Below, in pieces: positions 7,897 through 16,441 of a stretch of 48,726 bases of DNA (position 1 is the stretch's first letter; every line of letters starts with the position of its first letter). Position numbers and translations under genes: made by a program. The notes beneath the pieces were generated by a model, which had not been told where the DNA came from, did no database searches, and worked only from the letters and a program-made list of their open reading frames with translations. This stretch comes from a virus, in IMG/VR virus record IMGVR_UViG_3300045988_078204; one strand, given 5' to 3'.

Positions 7897-7938
7897 ACCG
7901 CGACAGGACAACGGAGGGTTCGACTCCCTCCGCGCGGT
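7897..7938 (+). ncRNA. tRNA 3'-half-like minihelix (acceptor-like stem plus T arm)
   Basis: ACCGCG ... GGAGGG-TTCGACT-CCCTCC-G-CGCGGT. The T loop TTCGACT is canonical. There is no D arm or anticodon arm. The upstream CCCTC (7885-7889) could pair with GAGGG as an alternative. Confidence 0.4.
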
Positions 7939-8031
7939 TTATACATGTGGACAAGCTCCTTTAGTTTGTATGTGATTCAATGATTTCAATTTGTTTTCTC
8001 CCCCTAATAAATCAGTCCGCATGTAAATTTT

Positions 8032-8071
8032 AAGACCGATGCTTTGCGTATTGTAGAGCACCGGTCTTTTT
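8032..8071 (+). terminator. putative intrinsic terminator upstream of terS
   Basis: AAGACCG...CGGTCTT stem with inner TGCT/AGCA pairing, followed by TTTTT. Confidence 0.4.
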
Positions 8072-8095
8072 AGGTAAAGAAAGAAGGTGAGCCGG

Positions 8096-8551
8096 ATGGC
8101 AAAAGGAAAATACGAATACTGGATAACGCCGGAAGGCTTACTGAAAATCGAAGGATGGGCTAGAGATGGTTTGACCGATGAGCAGATTGCCGAGAATATC
8201 GGAATATCAAGAAGCACATTGAATATGTGGAAAAATAGATATTCGGACATTTCGGACACCTTAAAAAGGGGAAAAGATGTCATTGACCTTCAGGTGGAGA
8301 ATGCGCTTCTGAGACGAGCGTTAGGATATGAGTACAAGGAAGTTAAGGAAAAGTATGAATATGGGAAAATGACAGAAAAAACAGTGACGAAGAAAGAAGT
8401 TGTACCTGATGTTACTGCACAAATATTCTGGCTCAAAAACAGGAAACCGGAAAAGTGGAGAGACAAGCCGGAATACGAAGATCATTCTGCCATCGATAAA
8501 CTCGATGAAATCATAAAGGGGTTGAAGCATAATGCCGATAATCCTAAGTGA
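8096..8551 (+). CDS. terS: terminase small subunit
   Basis: Contains an HTH (LTDEQIAENIGISRSTLNMWKNRY), and IFWLKNRKPEKWRDK is a typical TerS C-terminal motif. It lies immediately upstream of terL and overlaps it. ATG 8096 is 6 nt after GAAGGTG. The track ORF starts at GTG 8087. Confidence 0.8.
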   Translation: MAKGKYEYWITPEGLLKIEGWARDGLTDEQIAENIGISRSTLNMWKNRYSDISDTLKRGKDVIDLQVENALLRRALGYEYKEVKEKYEYGKMTEKTVTKKEVVPDVTAQIFWLKNRKPEKWRDKPEYEDHSAIDKLDEIIKGLKHNADNPK

Positions 8552-9791
8552 TAAGCAGAATGAATATATTAGAAATTCTACGCACAGATGGAATATAAAG
8601 ACAGGAGCAGTACGATCAGGAAAATCTTTTGTAGACACAGCGTATACGGTTCCGTATCGAATTAGAGAACGATCTGGAAAACCCGGTCTGAATGTAATAC
8701 TTGGTGTATCAAGAGAAACAATCGAAAGAAACGTACTGCAACCGATGCGAGAGATATACACATCGGCTCTAATCGGAACAATAAACAATAGAAACGTTGC
8801 AAGAGTATGCGGAGAAGATGTTTATTGCTTGGGAGCTGATAAAGTAAGCCAGGTTGCAAAAATACAGGGATCGTCTATCAAATATGCATACGGAGACGAG
8901 ATCGCAAAATGGAATAAAGAAGTATTTGAGATGCTGAAATCCCGTCTTGATAAGCAATATAGTTGTTTTGATGGGGCATGTAATCCAGAGAATCCAACAC
9001 ATTGGTTGAAAGAGTTTATAGACGATGATGGAATAGACCTTTATTTGCAAAAGTATCGAATATTCGACAATCCATTTCTTGATCCGGAATATGTAAGGAA
9101 TCTGTGCAAAGAATACGAAGGCACTGTCTACTACGACAGATACATTTTAGGGAAATGGAAACGAGCAGAGGGCTCGATCTACATTAAATTTGCAGATAAT
9201 CCAGATGGATTTGTGAAGAGTGCAGATAAAGAGCATATCTCTCGTATAGATATCGGGATTGACTTCGGAGGGAACGGATCCGGTCATGCGTTTGTGGCTA
9301 CTGCAAAGTACTCTGACGGGAGAAAACAGCCGGTAATGAGCAGAAAGCATATGAAAAAAGACTTTAGGCAAGGGATTGATGCAAACCTTCTGTCCGAACT
9401 TTTTTTGGAATTTGTAGAAGATGTTATAAAGAAATACGGGAAGCCGTCTAATGCATACTACGACAACGCAGAGACAGTCCTCGGCCAGAGCATAAAAAAC
9501 GCATGTGAAAAGAAATTCCCGTACTTGCATGTAAGGCCAGCAGTAAAAAAGAAAATTAATGACCGTATAGAATACACAGTCCAGCTCATGGGAGCCGGAC
9601 TTTTTTCAATTACAGAGGATTGTGAAACGCTGTCAAAAGCATTGCAAGAAGCGGTATATAATAGCAAGTCAATGGAAGAAGAAAGGCTTGATGACGGAAG
9701 TACTGACATCGATACGCTTGATGCGTTTGAGTACAGCATAGAAAGAGACTTCTCTGGGACACATTATAACAGAGTAATAGGAGGGATATAA
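8532..9791 (+). CDS. terL: terminase large subunit (PBSX-type)
   Basis: 419 aa. Walker A GAVRSGKS near the N-terminus. Position between terS and the portal gene. Confidence 0.85.
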   Translation: MPIILSDKQNEYIRNSTHRWNIKTGAVRSGKSFVDTAYTVPYRIRERSGKPGLNVILGVSRETIERNVLQPMREIYTSALIGTINNRNVARVCGEDVYCLGADKVSQVAKIQGSSIKYAYGDEIAKWNKEVFEMLKSRLDKQYSCFDGACNPENPTHWLKEFIDDDGIDLYLQKYRIFDNPFLDPEYVRNLCKEYEGTVYYDRYILGKWKRAEGSIYIKFADNPDGFVKSADKEHISRIDIGIDFGGNGSGHAFVATAKYSDGRKQPVMSRKHMKKDFRQGIDANLLSELFLEFVEDVIKKYGKPSNAYYDNAETVLGQSIKNACEKKFPYLHVRPAVKKKINDRIEYTVQLMGAGLFSITEDCETLSKALQEAVYNSKSMEEERLDDGSTDIDTLDAFEYSIERDFSGTHYNRVIGGI

Positions 9792-9792
9792 C

Positions 9793-11169
9793 ATGTTTCG
9801 GGTAGCAGCAGGGACAGGAATGACACCGGAAATATTGTCAGAATATATCGGAAAGCATAAGCAGGAAGTGATAAAAAGATACCAGAAATTACATGACGCA
9901 TATGTGAATGATTACGAAATCTTTCATCTTCTTAAAAAAGCTGCATATAAGCCGGACAACAGGATATCCGTCAATTTTGCAAAATACATCACGGACACCA
10001 TGAATGGGTTCTTTATTGGGATTCCGATTAAGACAACAAACACGGACGAAGTGGTATCGAACTACATTGACTTCCTGGATCAATATAACGATCAGGATGA
10101 TAACAATGCAGAGCTTTCAAAGATATGCAGTATCTACGGAAAAGGGTATGAGATGTATTACAACGACACCGAAGGAAACATCGGCATCACGTATCTTACA
10201 CCGCTTGAAGCCTTTTTCATATACGATGACAGTATATTAGAGAGACCGCTTTATTTTGTCCGGTATTATCTTGACGCTGATAACGTAGAGCGTGGAAGCT
10301 GGTCGGATGGTAGCATCGTGCAGCACTTTGTACAGGATGGATCGTATCGTTGGGATGGAGAAGCCAAGGAGCATCGATTTGAAGGAGTACCGGCAACAGA
10401 GTTTATCGAAAACGATGAGCGAGTCGGAATATTTGAAGGCGCAATGCCTATGATAGATGCTTATAACAAAGCATTGTCAGAAAAGGCGAATGATGTAGAT
10501 TATTTTGCTGATGCGTATTTAAAAGTACTTGGACAACGGCTTGAAAAAGAAGATGTGCAGCATATACGAGATGATAGGGTTATTAACTTCGACGGAGATG
10601 TAAACGGGGTAGAGGTTGATTTTCTCCAGAAGCCAAATGGGGACGAGACTCAAGAACATCTTTTAGATCGTCTGGAACGGCTTATTTATCAGATCAGCAT
10701 GGTGGCAAATATCAGTGATGAGAATTTTGGTACATCCTCTGGAATCGCAATGAAGTATAAGATGCAGGCCATGAGCAACCTTGCAAAGACAAAGGAAAGA
10801 AAATTCAGAAGCGGAATGCAGAGACGGTATAGACTGATCTTTAGCAATCCGGCATCCACTGTAAAAGGAATTTCCAGAGATGCTTGGATTAATAACGACT
10901 ACAAGTTTACTCTGAATTTCCCGGCTAACTTAGCAGAAGAGACAGACATTGCATCCAAGTTAGAAGGGATCGTATCAAAGGAAACACAGCTTTCCGTTCT
11001 TTCTGTGGTGGAAAATGTACAGGATGAACTTGACCGCATAGAAGAAGAGGAGAACGCACAGAAGGATGATGCAAGAGATAGAGTCATGCAAATGACGTTT
11101 GGGGGTGTAAGCGGTGGACAGCAGAACGTATTGGGCGATACGGGAAACGAGGAACCGGAACAAGAATAA
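9793..11169 (+). CDS. portal protein (SPP1 gp6-like)
   Basis: 458 aa following terL. NRISVNFAKYITDTMNGFFIGIPIK and the acidic C-terminus are typical of SPP1-type portals. GGAGGG RBS. Confidence 0.85.
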   Translation: MFRVAAGTGMTPEILSEYIGKHKQEVIKRYQKLHDAYVNDYEIFHLLKKAAYKPDNRISVNFAKYITDTMNGFFIGIPIKTTNTDEVVSNYIDFLDQYNDQDDNNAELSKICSIYGKGYEMYYNDTEGNIGITYLTPLEAFFIYDDSILERPLYFVRYYLDADNVERGSWSDGSIVQHFVQDGSYRWDGEAKEHRFEGVPATEFIENDERVGIFEGAMPMIDAYNKALSEKANDVDYFADAYLKVLGQRLEKEDVQHIRDDRVINFDGDVNGVEVDFLQKPNGDETQEHLLDRLERLIYQISMVANISDENFGTSSGIAMKYKMQAMSNLAKTKERKFRSGMQRRYRLIFSNPASTVKGISRDAWINNDYKFTLNFPANLAEETDIASKLEGIVSKETQLSVLSVVENVQDELDRIEEEENAQKDDARDRVMQMTFGGVSGGQQNVLGDTGNEEPEQE

Positions 11170-12445
11170 GCGTGAGGAAAAACAGTACGATAAAGAAGTT
11201 GAGAAAATCTATCAGAACATGATTGATGAGATCAACAAAGAGATCAATGGATTTTACAGCCGTTACGCCACAAAGGAAGGCATCACAATGGCAGAAGCAA
11301 AAAAGCATGTTGCAAAGATTGACATGGAAGAGTATGAGCGTAAGGCGAAGAAGTATGTAAAAGAGAAGAATTTCTCAGAGCAGGCAAATACGGAAATGAG
11401 ACTCTATAACTTGACTATGAAGATAAACAGACTGGAAATGCTGAAAGCTAGAATCGGTCTTGAAATGGTGTCTGGATTTGATGAATTGCAGAAATATTAT
11501 GATGAGATACTCACTAAACGGACGTTGGATGAATTCGAACGGAAAGCTGGGATTCTCGGTAAAAGTGTATCAGATCCCCGAAAAGCGGCGGAAGTGATTG
11601 TCAATGCATCGTTTAAAAATGCTACGTTCTCCGACCGGATCTGGATGTATCAAGGGATGCTAAAATCAGAGCTGGATAAATTGCTACAGACCGGTCTTAT
11701 ACAGGGGCAGAATCCTCGTGTATTGGCTCGACACTTGAAAGAGCGGTTTGGAGTAAGTCAGTATAACGCTGAGCGATTGATGCGAACAGAAATGGCAAGA
11801 GTACAATCCGAAGCATCTAAGCGGTCAATGGAGGAAAATGGGTTTGAAGAATACGAGTTCATGGCAGAGGGAACAGCGTGCCCGATTTGTAGAGCGCTTG
11901 ATGGAAAGCATTTTAGGGTAAAGGATATGCTACCAGGGACAAATGCGGCTCCGATGCATCCAAATTGCAGGTGCGATGTTACCCCGTATATAGACAGAAA
12001 AGAATTTGAAAACTGGTTGGATTTTCTGGACAAAGGCGGCACCACGGAAGAGTGGAATAAGCTGAAAAAGAAGAAAAAATCCGTTGAAAAGCCGGGTAGT
12101 TCTGGTATAATGAAATTACCAAGATATAAAGATGCCGTTATTCCAAAAGCGAAATTTACGCAATATGCTCTGAATCCTGATAAAGATCCAGATAAAGCAA
12201 AAGCGTTTGAAAAAGCTCTTGGATATACGGTAGATAATGCTGACGAATTGATCAGTCAAATATACGATAAGATATCAGAATACAATGCAAAGGAAAAGCC
12301 GGATAATGGATGGGGAAAGCGCTATGAGGTTATCATGGATATAGTAGGACCTAACGGTAAGACGGCAAAGGTATTAACAGCATGGATTGATGATAAGAAT
12401 ACGGGAGAAATACGGTTGACATCTGTTTATGTAGATAGGGAGTGA
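11114..12445 (+). CDS. MuF/SPP1 gp7-family head morphogenesis protein with a ~110-aa C-terminal extension resembling DUF6883
   Basis: MuF core: RTEMARVQSEA...ACPICRALDGKHF...APMHPNCRCDVTPY. A KKKKK linker follows. The extension reads KFTQYALNPDKDPDKAKAFEKALGYT...KRYEVIMDIVGPNGKTAKVLTAWIDDKNTGEIRLTSVYV. GTG start at 11114 overlaps the portal end. Confidence 0.8.
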   Translation: MDSRTYWAIRETRNRNKNKREEKQYDKEVEKIYQNMIDEINKEINGFYSRYATKEGITMAEAKKHVAKIDMEEYERKAKKYVKEKNFSEQANTEMRLYNLTMKINRLEMLKARIGLEMVSGFDELQKYYDEILTKRTLDEFERKAGILGKSVSDPRKAAEVIVNASFKNATFSDRIWMYQGMLKSELDKLLQTGLIQGQNPRVLARHLKERFGVSQYNAERLMRTEMARVQSEASKRSMEENGFEEYEFMAEGTACPICRALDGKHFRVKDMLPGTNAAPMHPNCRCDVTPYIDRKEFENWLDFLDKGGTTEEWNKLKKKKKSVEKPGSSGIMKLPRYKDAVIPKAKFTQYALNPDKDPDKAKAFEKALGYTVDNADELISQIYDKISEYNAKEKPDNGWGKRYEVIMDIVGPNGKTAKVLTAWIDDKNTGEIRLTSVYVDRE

Positions 12446-12449
12446 TGCT

Positions 12450-12614
12450 ATGGAACTACAAATGTTTGATAAGGTTCTTCTAAAGACGGGAGAAACGGCA
12501 TTCATCGTTGAAATTTTCGATGATGGAGCAGCGTATGAGATGGACATTAATAAAAAGGAAGGAAAGATTGTAACAGATACGGTATGGCCGGATCAAATTG
12601 AGAAAAAGTTATAG
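12450..12614 (+). CDS. small protein (54 aa) resembling DUF4926
   Basis: AGGGAG lies 8 nt before ATG 12450. Reads MELQMFDKVLLKTGETAFIVEIFDDGAAYEMDINKKEGKIVTDTVWPDQIEKKL. Below the ORF-track cutoff. A terminator follows directly. Confidence 0.55.
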   Translation: MELQMFDKVLLKTGETAFIVEIFDDGAAYEMDINKKEGKIVTDTVWPDQIEKKL

Positions 12615-12649
12615 ATACCACTAGTCAGAAATGGCCGGTGGTATTTTTA
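12615..12649 (+). terminator. intrinsic terminator inside the head module
   Basis: ATACCAC...GTGGTAT stem (7 bp, 16-nt loop) followed by TTTTTAT. Confidence 0.5.
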
Positions 12650-12680
12650 TACCCATTTTTAAGAAAGAGGAGTGGTGTGA

Positions 12681-12968
12681 TTGATTGTGGTAGAAGTACG
12701 AAGGGACAGGATTGTTGTTTCTGGTCATTCACAATACGAAGCGTCAGGAAAAGACATTGTGTGCGCCGGAGTTACTGCTTTAGTAACAACATTAATAGAC
12801 TCAATTTCAGGATTGACATGCGATAAAATTCAATACGAAATCATGCCCGGATGGGCTGATATACATTTTGGGAATCTATCAGAAGAATCAAAGCTTCTGG
12901 TCGATTCCTTTTTTCTTGGCGTTTGTAATATCGCCAATGAATTTCCGGATCATGTTCGGATTATGTAA
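12681..12968 (+). CDS. prp: Prp-family cysteine protease (ribosomal-processing protease homolog, DUF464)
   Basis: VSGHSQYEASGKDIVCAGVTALVTTLIDSI matches the Prp His/Cys signature (GHA....G.DIVCAAVS). 95 aa. TTG start 8 nt after GGAG. Confidence 0.8.
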   Translation: MIVVEVRRDRIVVSGHSQYEASGKDIVCAGVTALVTTLIDSISGLTCDKIQYEIMPGWADIHFGNLSEESKLLVDSFFLGVCNIANEFPDHVRIM

Positions 12969-12974
12969 CACATG

Positions 12975-13102
12975 GCAGGCGTGGAACCATTCAAAGCTAC
13001 GGTTGTGCAGGCGTGGAACACTTGAAAAGCTACGGAATACGGGCAGGCGTGGATCCCCGGTAAAAGCTACGGAAGATAGGCGTGAAATCTTTAAATTACG
13101 GA
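12975..13102 (+). repeat. four tandem 32-36-nt direct repeats between prp and the scaffold gene
   Basis: The AGGCGTG core starts at 12977, 13009, 13045 and 13078. Unit consensus: GCAGGCGTGGAAC..TT.AAAGCTACGG. The last unit is degenerate and runs into the scaffold RBS. Confidence 0.85.
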
Positions 13103-13112
13103 GGTAGAAACA

Positions 13113-13748
13113 ATGAAAAAAAGATTATTTATGGCGTTACAGATGTTTGCAGAGGATCCAGCAGGGACAGATCCGGCAGGGAATGACCCAGCAGGCGGTC
13201 AGAATCCGGCAGAAGCAGATCCAAAAGCGACAGAACCAAAAAACGAACCGGAAAAGAAGTACACGGATGAGGATGTAGACAGGATCATCAATCAGAAATT
13301 TGCACAAAAGTTTTCTGAATGGGAAAAGAAACAGTCTAAGGCAAAAGATGAAGCCGAAAAGCTTGCCGGGATGAACGCAGAGCAGAAAGAAAAATATGAA
13401 AATGAACAGCTTAAAAAACAGGTTCAGGAGCTGCTCCGGAAAGACGCGCTCGGAAAGATGGCAACAGTAGCCCGTGGGATGCTCGGAGAAAAGAATATCT
13501 CTGTGAGCGATGACCTTATTGAAATGCTGATTTCAGACGATGCAGAAAAGACAAAAAGCTCTGTTGATTCCTTCATTACAGCATTCCAGTCTGCGGTAGA
13601 AAAGGCTGTGAAAGATGCACTGAAAGGAAATCCACCGAAGAAAACATCGGAACCGGCATCGATCACGAAAGAACAGATTATGAAAGTGAAAGATCCACTG
13701 GAACGCCAGAAATTAATCAACGAACACATGGACTTGTTCCAGAAATAA
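13113..13748 (+). CDS. scaffolding protein (DUF4355-like)
   Basis: 211 aa, acidic and helical. KKYTDEDVDRIINQKFAQKFSEWEKK is typical. It lies directly before the capsid gene. The N-terminus MKKRLFMALQMFAED carries an L27-like LQxFA motif. Confidence 0.75.
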   Translation: MKKRLFMALQMFAEDPAGTDPAGNDPAGGQNPAEADPKATEPKNEPEKKYTDEDVDRIINQKFAQKFSEWEKKQSKAKDEAEKLAGMNAEQKEKYENEQLKKQVQELLRKDALGKMATVARGMLGEKNISVSDDLIEMLISDDAEKTKSSVDSFITAFQSAVEKAVKDALKGNPPKKTSEPASITKEQIMKVKDPLERQKLINEHMDLFQK

Positions 13749-13768
13749 AGAAAGGATGAAAAGATTAC

Positions 13769-14659
13769 ATGAAAAAGAAACTTTATGATTTGCAGTTATT
13801 TGCAGCAGAGACAGGGGCAAGCTTATCTACAGACCTTGAGCCTGCCATTTCTATCGATTTTACTAGTCGAATTTCTCAGAACATCAGAGAATTGAGGGAT
13901 CTTCTCGGTGTTACAAACCTGATTCCGATGTCTGCCGGAACAGATATCAAGTTTTACAAATGGACGGTAGAAAACCTTGCGGAACAGGTAGAAGAAGGTG
14001 ACGAGATCAAACCAACCAAGGTAAAACGGGCATTAAACCAGACAATCACTCTTGATCTGGACAAATACAGGAGAGTTACCACCGCAGAAGCGATCCAGAA
14101 GGTTGGACGTACGATCGCAGTTAATGAGAGTGACGATCAGCTCATTAAAAAGGTGCAGAAAGCGGTTAAAACATCCCTTTACACCATGCTGAAAGCCGGT
14201 ACTGGATCAGCAAGCGGGGCAAGTTTACAGATCGTCCTTGCAAACCTTTGGGCGAAACTTCAGGAATATTATGAAGATGAGGATGTAACCCCGATCTTCT
14301 TCATTAATCAGCAGGACGTAGCGGATTATCTTGGTACAGCACAGATCACAATGCAGACTGCCTTTGGATTTACTTATATTGAAAACTTCCTTGGACTTGG
14401 TACAGCGATTGTTTCCCCACAGGTAACAGCAAAGCAGCCGATCGCAACAGCGAAAGAAAACATCAGAGGCGCCTATGTCCCGATGTCCGGTGATGTAGCC
14501 CGTACGTTTAACCTTACCGCAGATGAGACAGGATTGATCGGTATGACACATTCCACAGCTACTTCTACGGCAACGGTAGATACTTTGATTATGTCTTGTG
14601 TCAAATTCTTCCCGGAATTTGCAGACGGTGTATTCAAAGGAACCATTGCGGGGGAATAA
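13769..14659 (+). CDS. major capsid protein
   Basis: 296 aa directly after the scaffold gene. The N-terminus MKKKLYDLQLFAAETG carries the LQxFA motif. Confidence 0.75.
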   Translation: MKKKLYDLQLFAAETGASLSTDLEPAISIDFTSRISQNIRELRDLLGVTNLIPMSAGTDIKFYKWTVENLAEQVEEGDEIKPTKVKRALNQTITLDLDKYRRVTTAEAIQKVGRTIAVNESDDQLIKKVQKAVKTSLYTMLKAGTGSASGASLQIVLANLWAKLQEYYEDEDVTPIFFINQQDVADYLGTAQITMQTAFGFTYIENFLGLGTAIVSPQVTAKQPIATAKENIRGAYVPMSGDVARTFNLTADETGLIGMTHSTATSTATVDTLIMSCVKFFPEFADGVFKGTIAGE

Positions 14660-14673
14660 TTAGCTCTGACATT

Positions 14674-15030
14674 ATGACACTTTATTCCGGCGGTCAGAGC
14701 TTACTAGGTAAGCGAGTATCTTCATTAGTTGGAAACGATTTAAAAGTCCTTGCGGATGGATCCGTAGTAGGAACCATTAAGAAAGTAACGGGATATACAC
14801 AGTTTTCCAGTAAAAAAGAAGAGCAGAGCGGGTATTATTTCCCGTTTAAGCTTACTAAGACCGGAACGACAATGACACTGAAAAAGAATGGAGTGGCAGG
14901 AGAAGGGAAAGAAGATATGGCGTTTGACCCGGAAATTATTCTGCGAGTTTCCAGAGGAGATGCCTTTACCGTAGAAGTAGATGATTCGCCTGTTGTCACT
15001 TTTAATTTCAAAAACGTCACATGGGCTTAA
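14674..15030 (+). CDS. conserved head-module hypothetical protein (possible decoration or head-fibre protein)
   Basis: VGTIKKVTGYTQFSSKKEEQSGYYFPFKL recurs in genes placed after the capsid gene in Firmicutes phages. ATG 14674 has a weak RBS. The track ORF 14596..15030 is in the same frame. Confidence 0.5.
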   Translation: MTLYSGGQSLLGKRVSSLVGNDLKVLADGSVVGTIKKVTGYTQFSSKKEEQSGYYFPFKLTKTGTTMTLKKNGVAGEGKEDMAFDPEIILRVSRGDAFTVEVDDSPVVTFNFKNVTWA

Positions 15031-15042
15031 GGAGGTGGACGC

Positions 15043-15369
15043 ATGTTGGAGGACGTAAAAGAACTTCTTGGAATCGCAGAGGATGATAAAACGATGGATA
15101 CGAGGCTGAATATTATTATCGCGGCGACTACAAAGCGTTTAAAAGTACTTTTAGGTGGACTGGATGTGCCGGATGATCTGAAATACATTGTTACGGACGT
15201 TTCCATCATGCGGTTTAACCGGATTGGATCAGAAGGGCTTTCTTCCCATTCAGTTGAGGGAGAGAGTCTTTCTTTCGCAAGCAACGATTTTGAGCCGTAT
15301 CTGGACGATATCCAATCCTACCTGAACGCTCAAAAAGAAGCGACAAAGGGAAAGGTGAGATTCTTATGA
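15043..15369 (+). CDS. head-tail connector (gp6-like)
   Basis: 108 aa. MLEDVKELLGI..DD...D..L opening, plus position. Confidence 0.6.
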   Translation: MLEDVKELLGIAEDDKTMDTRLNIIIAATTKRLKVLLGGLDVPDDLKYIVTDVSIMRFNRIGSEGLSSHSVEGESLSFASNDFEPYLDDIQSYLNAQKEATKGKVRFL

Positions 15370-15668
15370 GGTATGATACACCAGTATATTTCCAAAAGAC
15401 TATTTCGGGTGAATATGATCCGAATACTGGAAATTATGGAGAAGATTCTGTCGATGAAACCTTGCGTTATGCTTCGGTTATGGATACAAGCATAAAAACT
15501 ATGCGTCTGATCTACGGAGAAATCAGACAGGGCAGCCTTTGTATCCAGCTTCAGAACCACTATACAGACGTATTCGACCGTATACGGATAGGGGAACGAA
15601 TCTATACGGTAGACAGTAGCCGAAAGCTCCGAGTAAAGCATACGTTTGTAGTATCGGAGGTGCAGTAA
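15366..15668 (+). CDS. head closure / head-tail adaptor protein
   Basis: 100 aa. Overlapping start (ATGA). Position-based call. Confidence 0.55.
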   Translation: MRYDTPVYFQKTISGEYDPNTGNYGEDSVDETLRYASVMDTSIKTMRLIYGEIRQGSLCIQLQNHYTDVFDRIRIGERIYTVDSSRKLRVKHTFVVSEVQ

Positions 15669-16039
15669 TGAGTAACGTTAAGATTGTTGGCATAGAAAGG
15701 ATTCAGAAAAAACTAAAAAAGAATGTGCGACTCGATGATGTGAAGCGAGTTGTAAAGAGCAATGGAGCCGAAATGAAGCAAAAGGCTAAGGGAAATGCTG
15801 AAAATTTTAAAGGACATTATGAAGGGAAACGGTTTGTACCTCCGACTGGAACATTAAAAAGAAGCATAGAGCTTGCGATAACAGACAAAGGAATGACGGC
15901 AGAGGTTGAGCCTCATACACTTTATGGTGGTTATGTAGAACTTGGAACAAGAAAGATGCAAGCACAGCCATACCTAAAGCCTGCTTTCGATGAGCAGAAA
16001 GTGCAATTTAGAAAAGATATGGATAAGTTGACGAGGTAA
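15668..16039 (+). CDS. HK97 gp10-family tail-head joining protein
   Basis: YGGYVELGTRKMQAQPYLKPAF is the gp10-family motif. Confidence 0.7.
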   Translation: MSNVKIVGIERIQKKLKKNVRLDDVKRVVKSNGAEMKQKAKGNAENFKGHYEGKRFVPPTGTLKRSIELAITDKGMTAEVEPHTLYGGYVELGTRKMQAQPYLKPAFDEQKVQFRKDMDKLTR

Positions 16040-16043
16040 TATT

Positions 16044-16427
16044 ATGGATCCACAGCAGGAATTATTTAGTACATTGTTGACAGAATTAAAAAATACGGGA
16101 TATGACGTATATGATGGATTTCTCCCTCCTGATAATACGCCATATCCATTTGTTTATTTAGCAGATAATCAGCAAATTGACGACAGGAATAAAACTGCCG
16201 TTTTTGGTAGCGTATACCAAACGATTGATGTTTGGAACAACAATCCGAAAAAAAGGGGCGATGTTTCACAAATTTTGCTCAAAATCAAAGGAATATGCAG
16301 AGCAATAAGAAGAACTTCCAATTTTAATTGGGATGTACGAAATATAGAGCAACGCATATTATCAGATACAACTACAACACAACCATTACTCCACGGGATT
16401 TTAAACGTGGAGTTTTATTTTGATTAA
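16044..16427 (+). CDS. tail completion / terminator-like protein
   Basis: 127 aa lying between the gp10-like gene and the major tail protein gene. Confidence 0.5.
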   Translation: MDPQQELFSTLLTELKNTGYDVYDGFLPPDNTPYPFVYLADNQQIDDRNKTAVFGSVYQTIDVWNNNPKKRGDVSQILLKIKGICRAIRRTSNFNWDVRNIEQRILSDTTTTQPLLHGILNVEFYFD

Positions 16428-16441
16428 ATGGAGGAATGAAA

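Noticed and set aside
7752-7975. Two ~70-aa + strand ORFs (7752..7964 and 7766..7975).
   Set aside because: They run through the tRNA-like gene, the hairpin and the T-arm element. They have no RBS, and the RNA structure explains the region better.
8321-8788. 155-aa - strand ORF.
   Set aside because: It is antisense to the terS/terL junction.
12868-13107. 79-aa + strand ORF spanning the prp end and the intergenic repeats.
   Set aside because: It overlaps prp in another frame, and its periodic sequence simply translates the four direct repeats.
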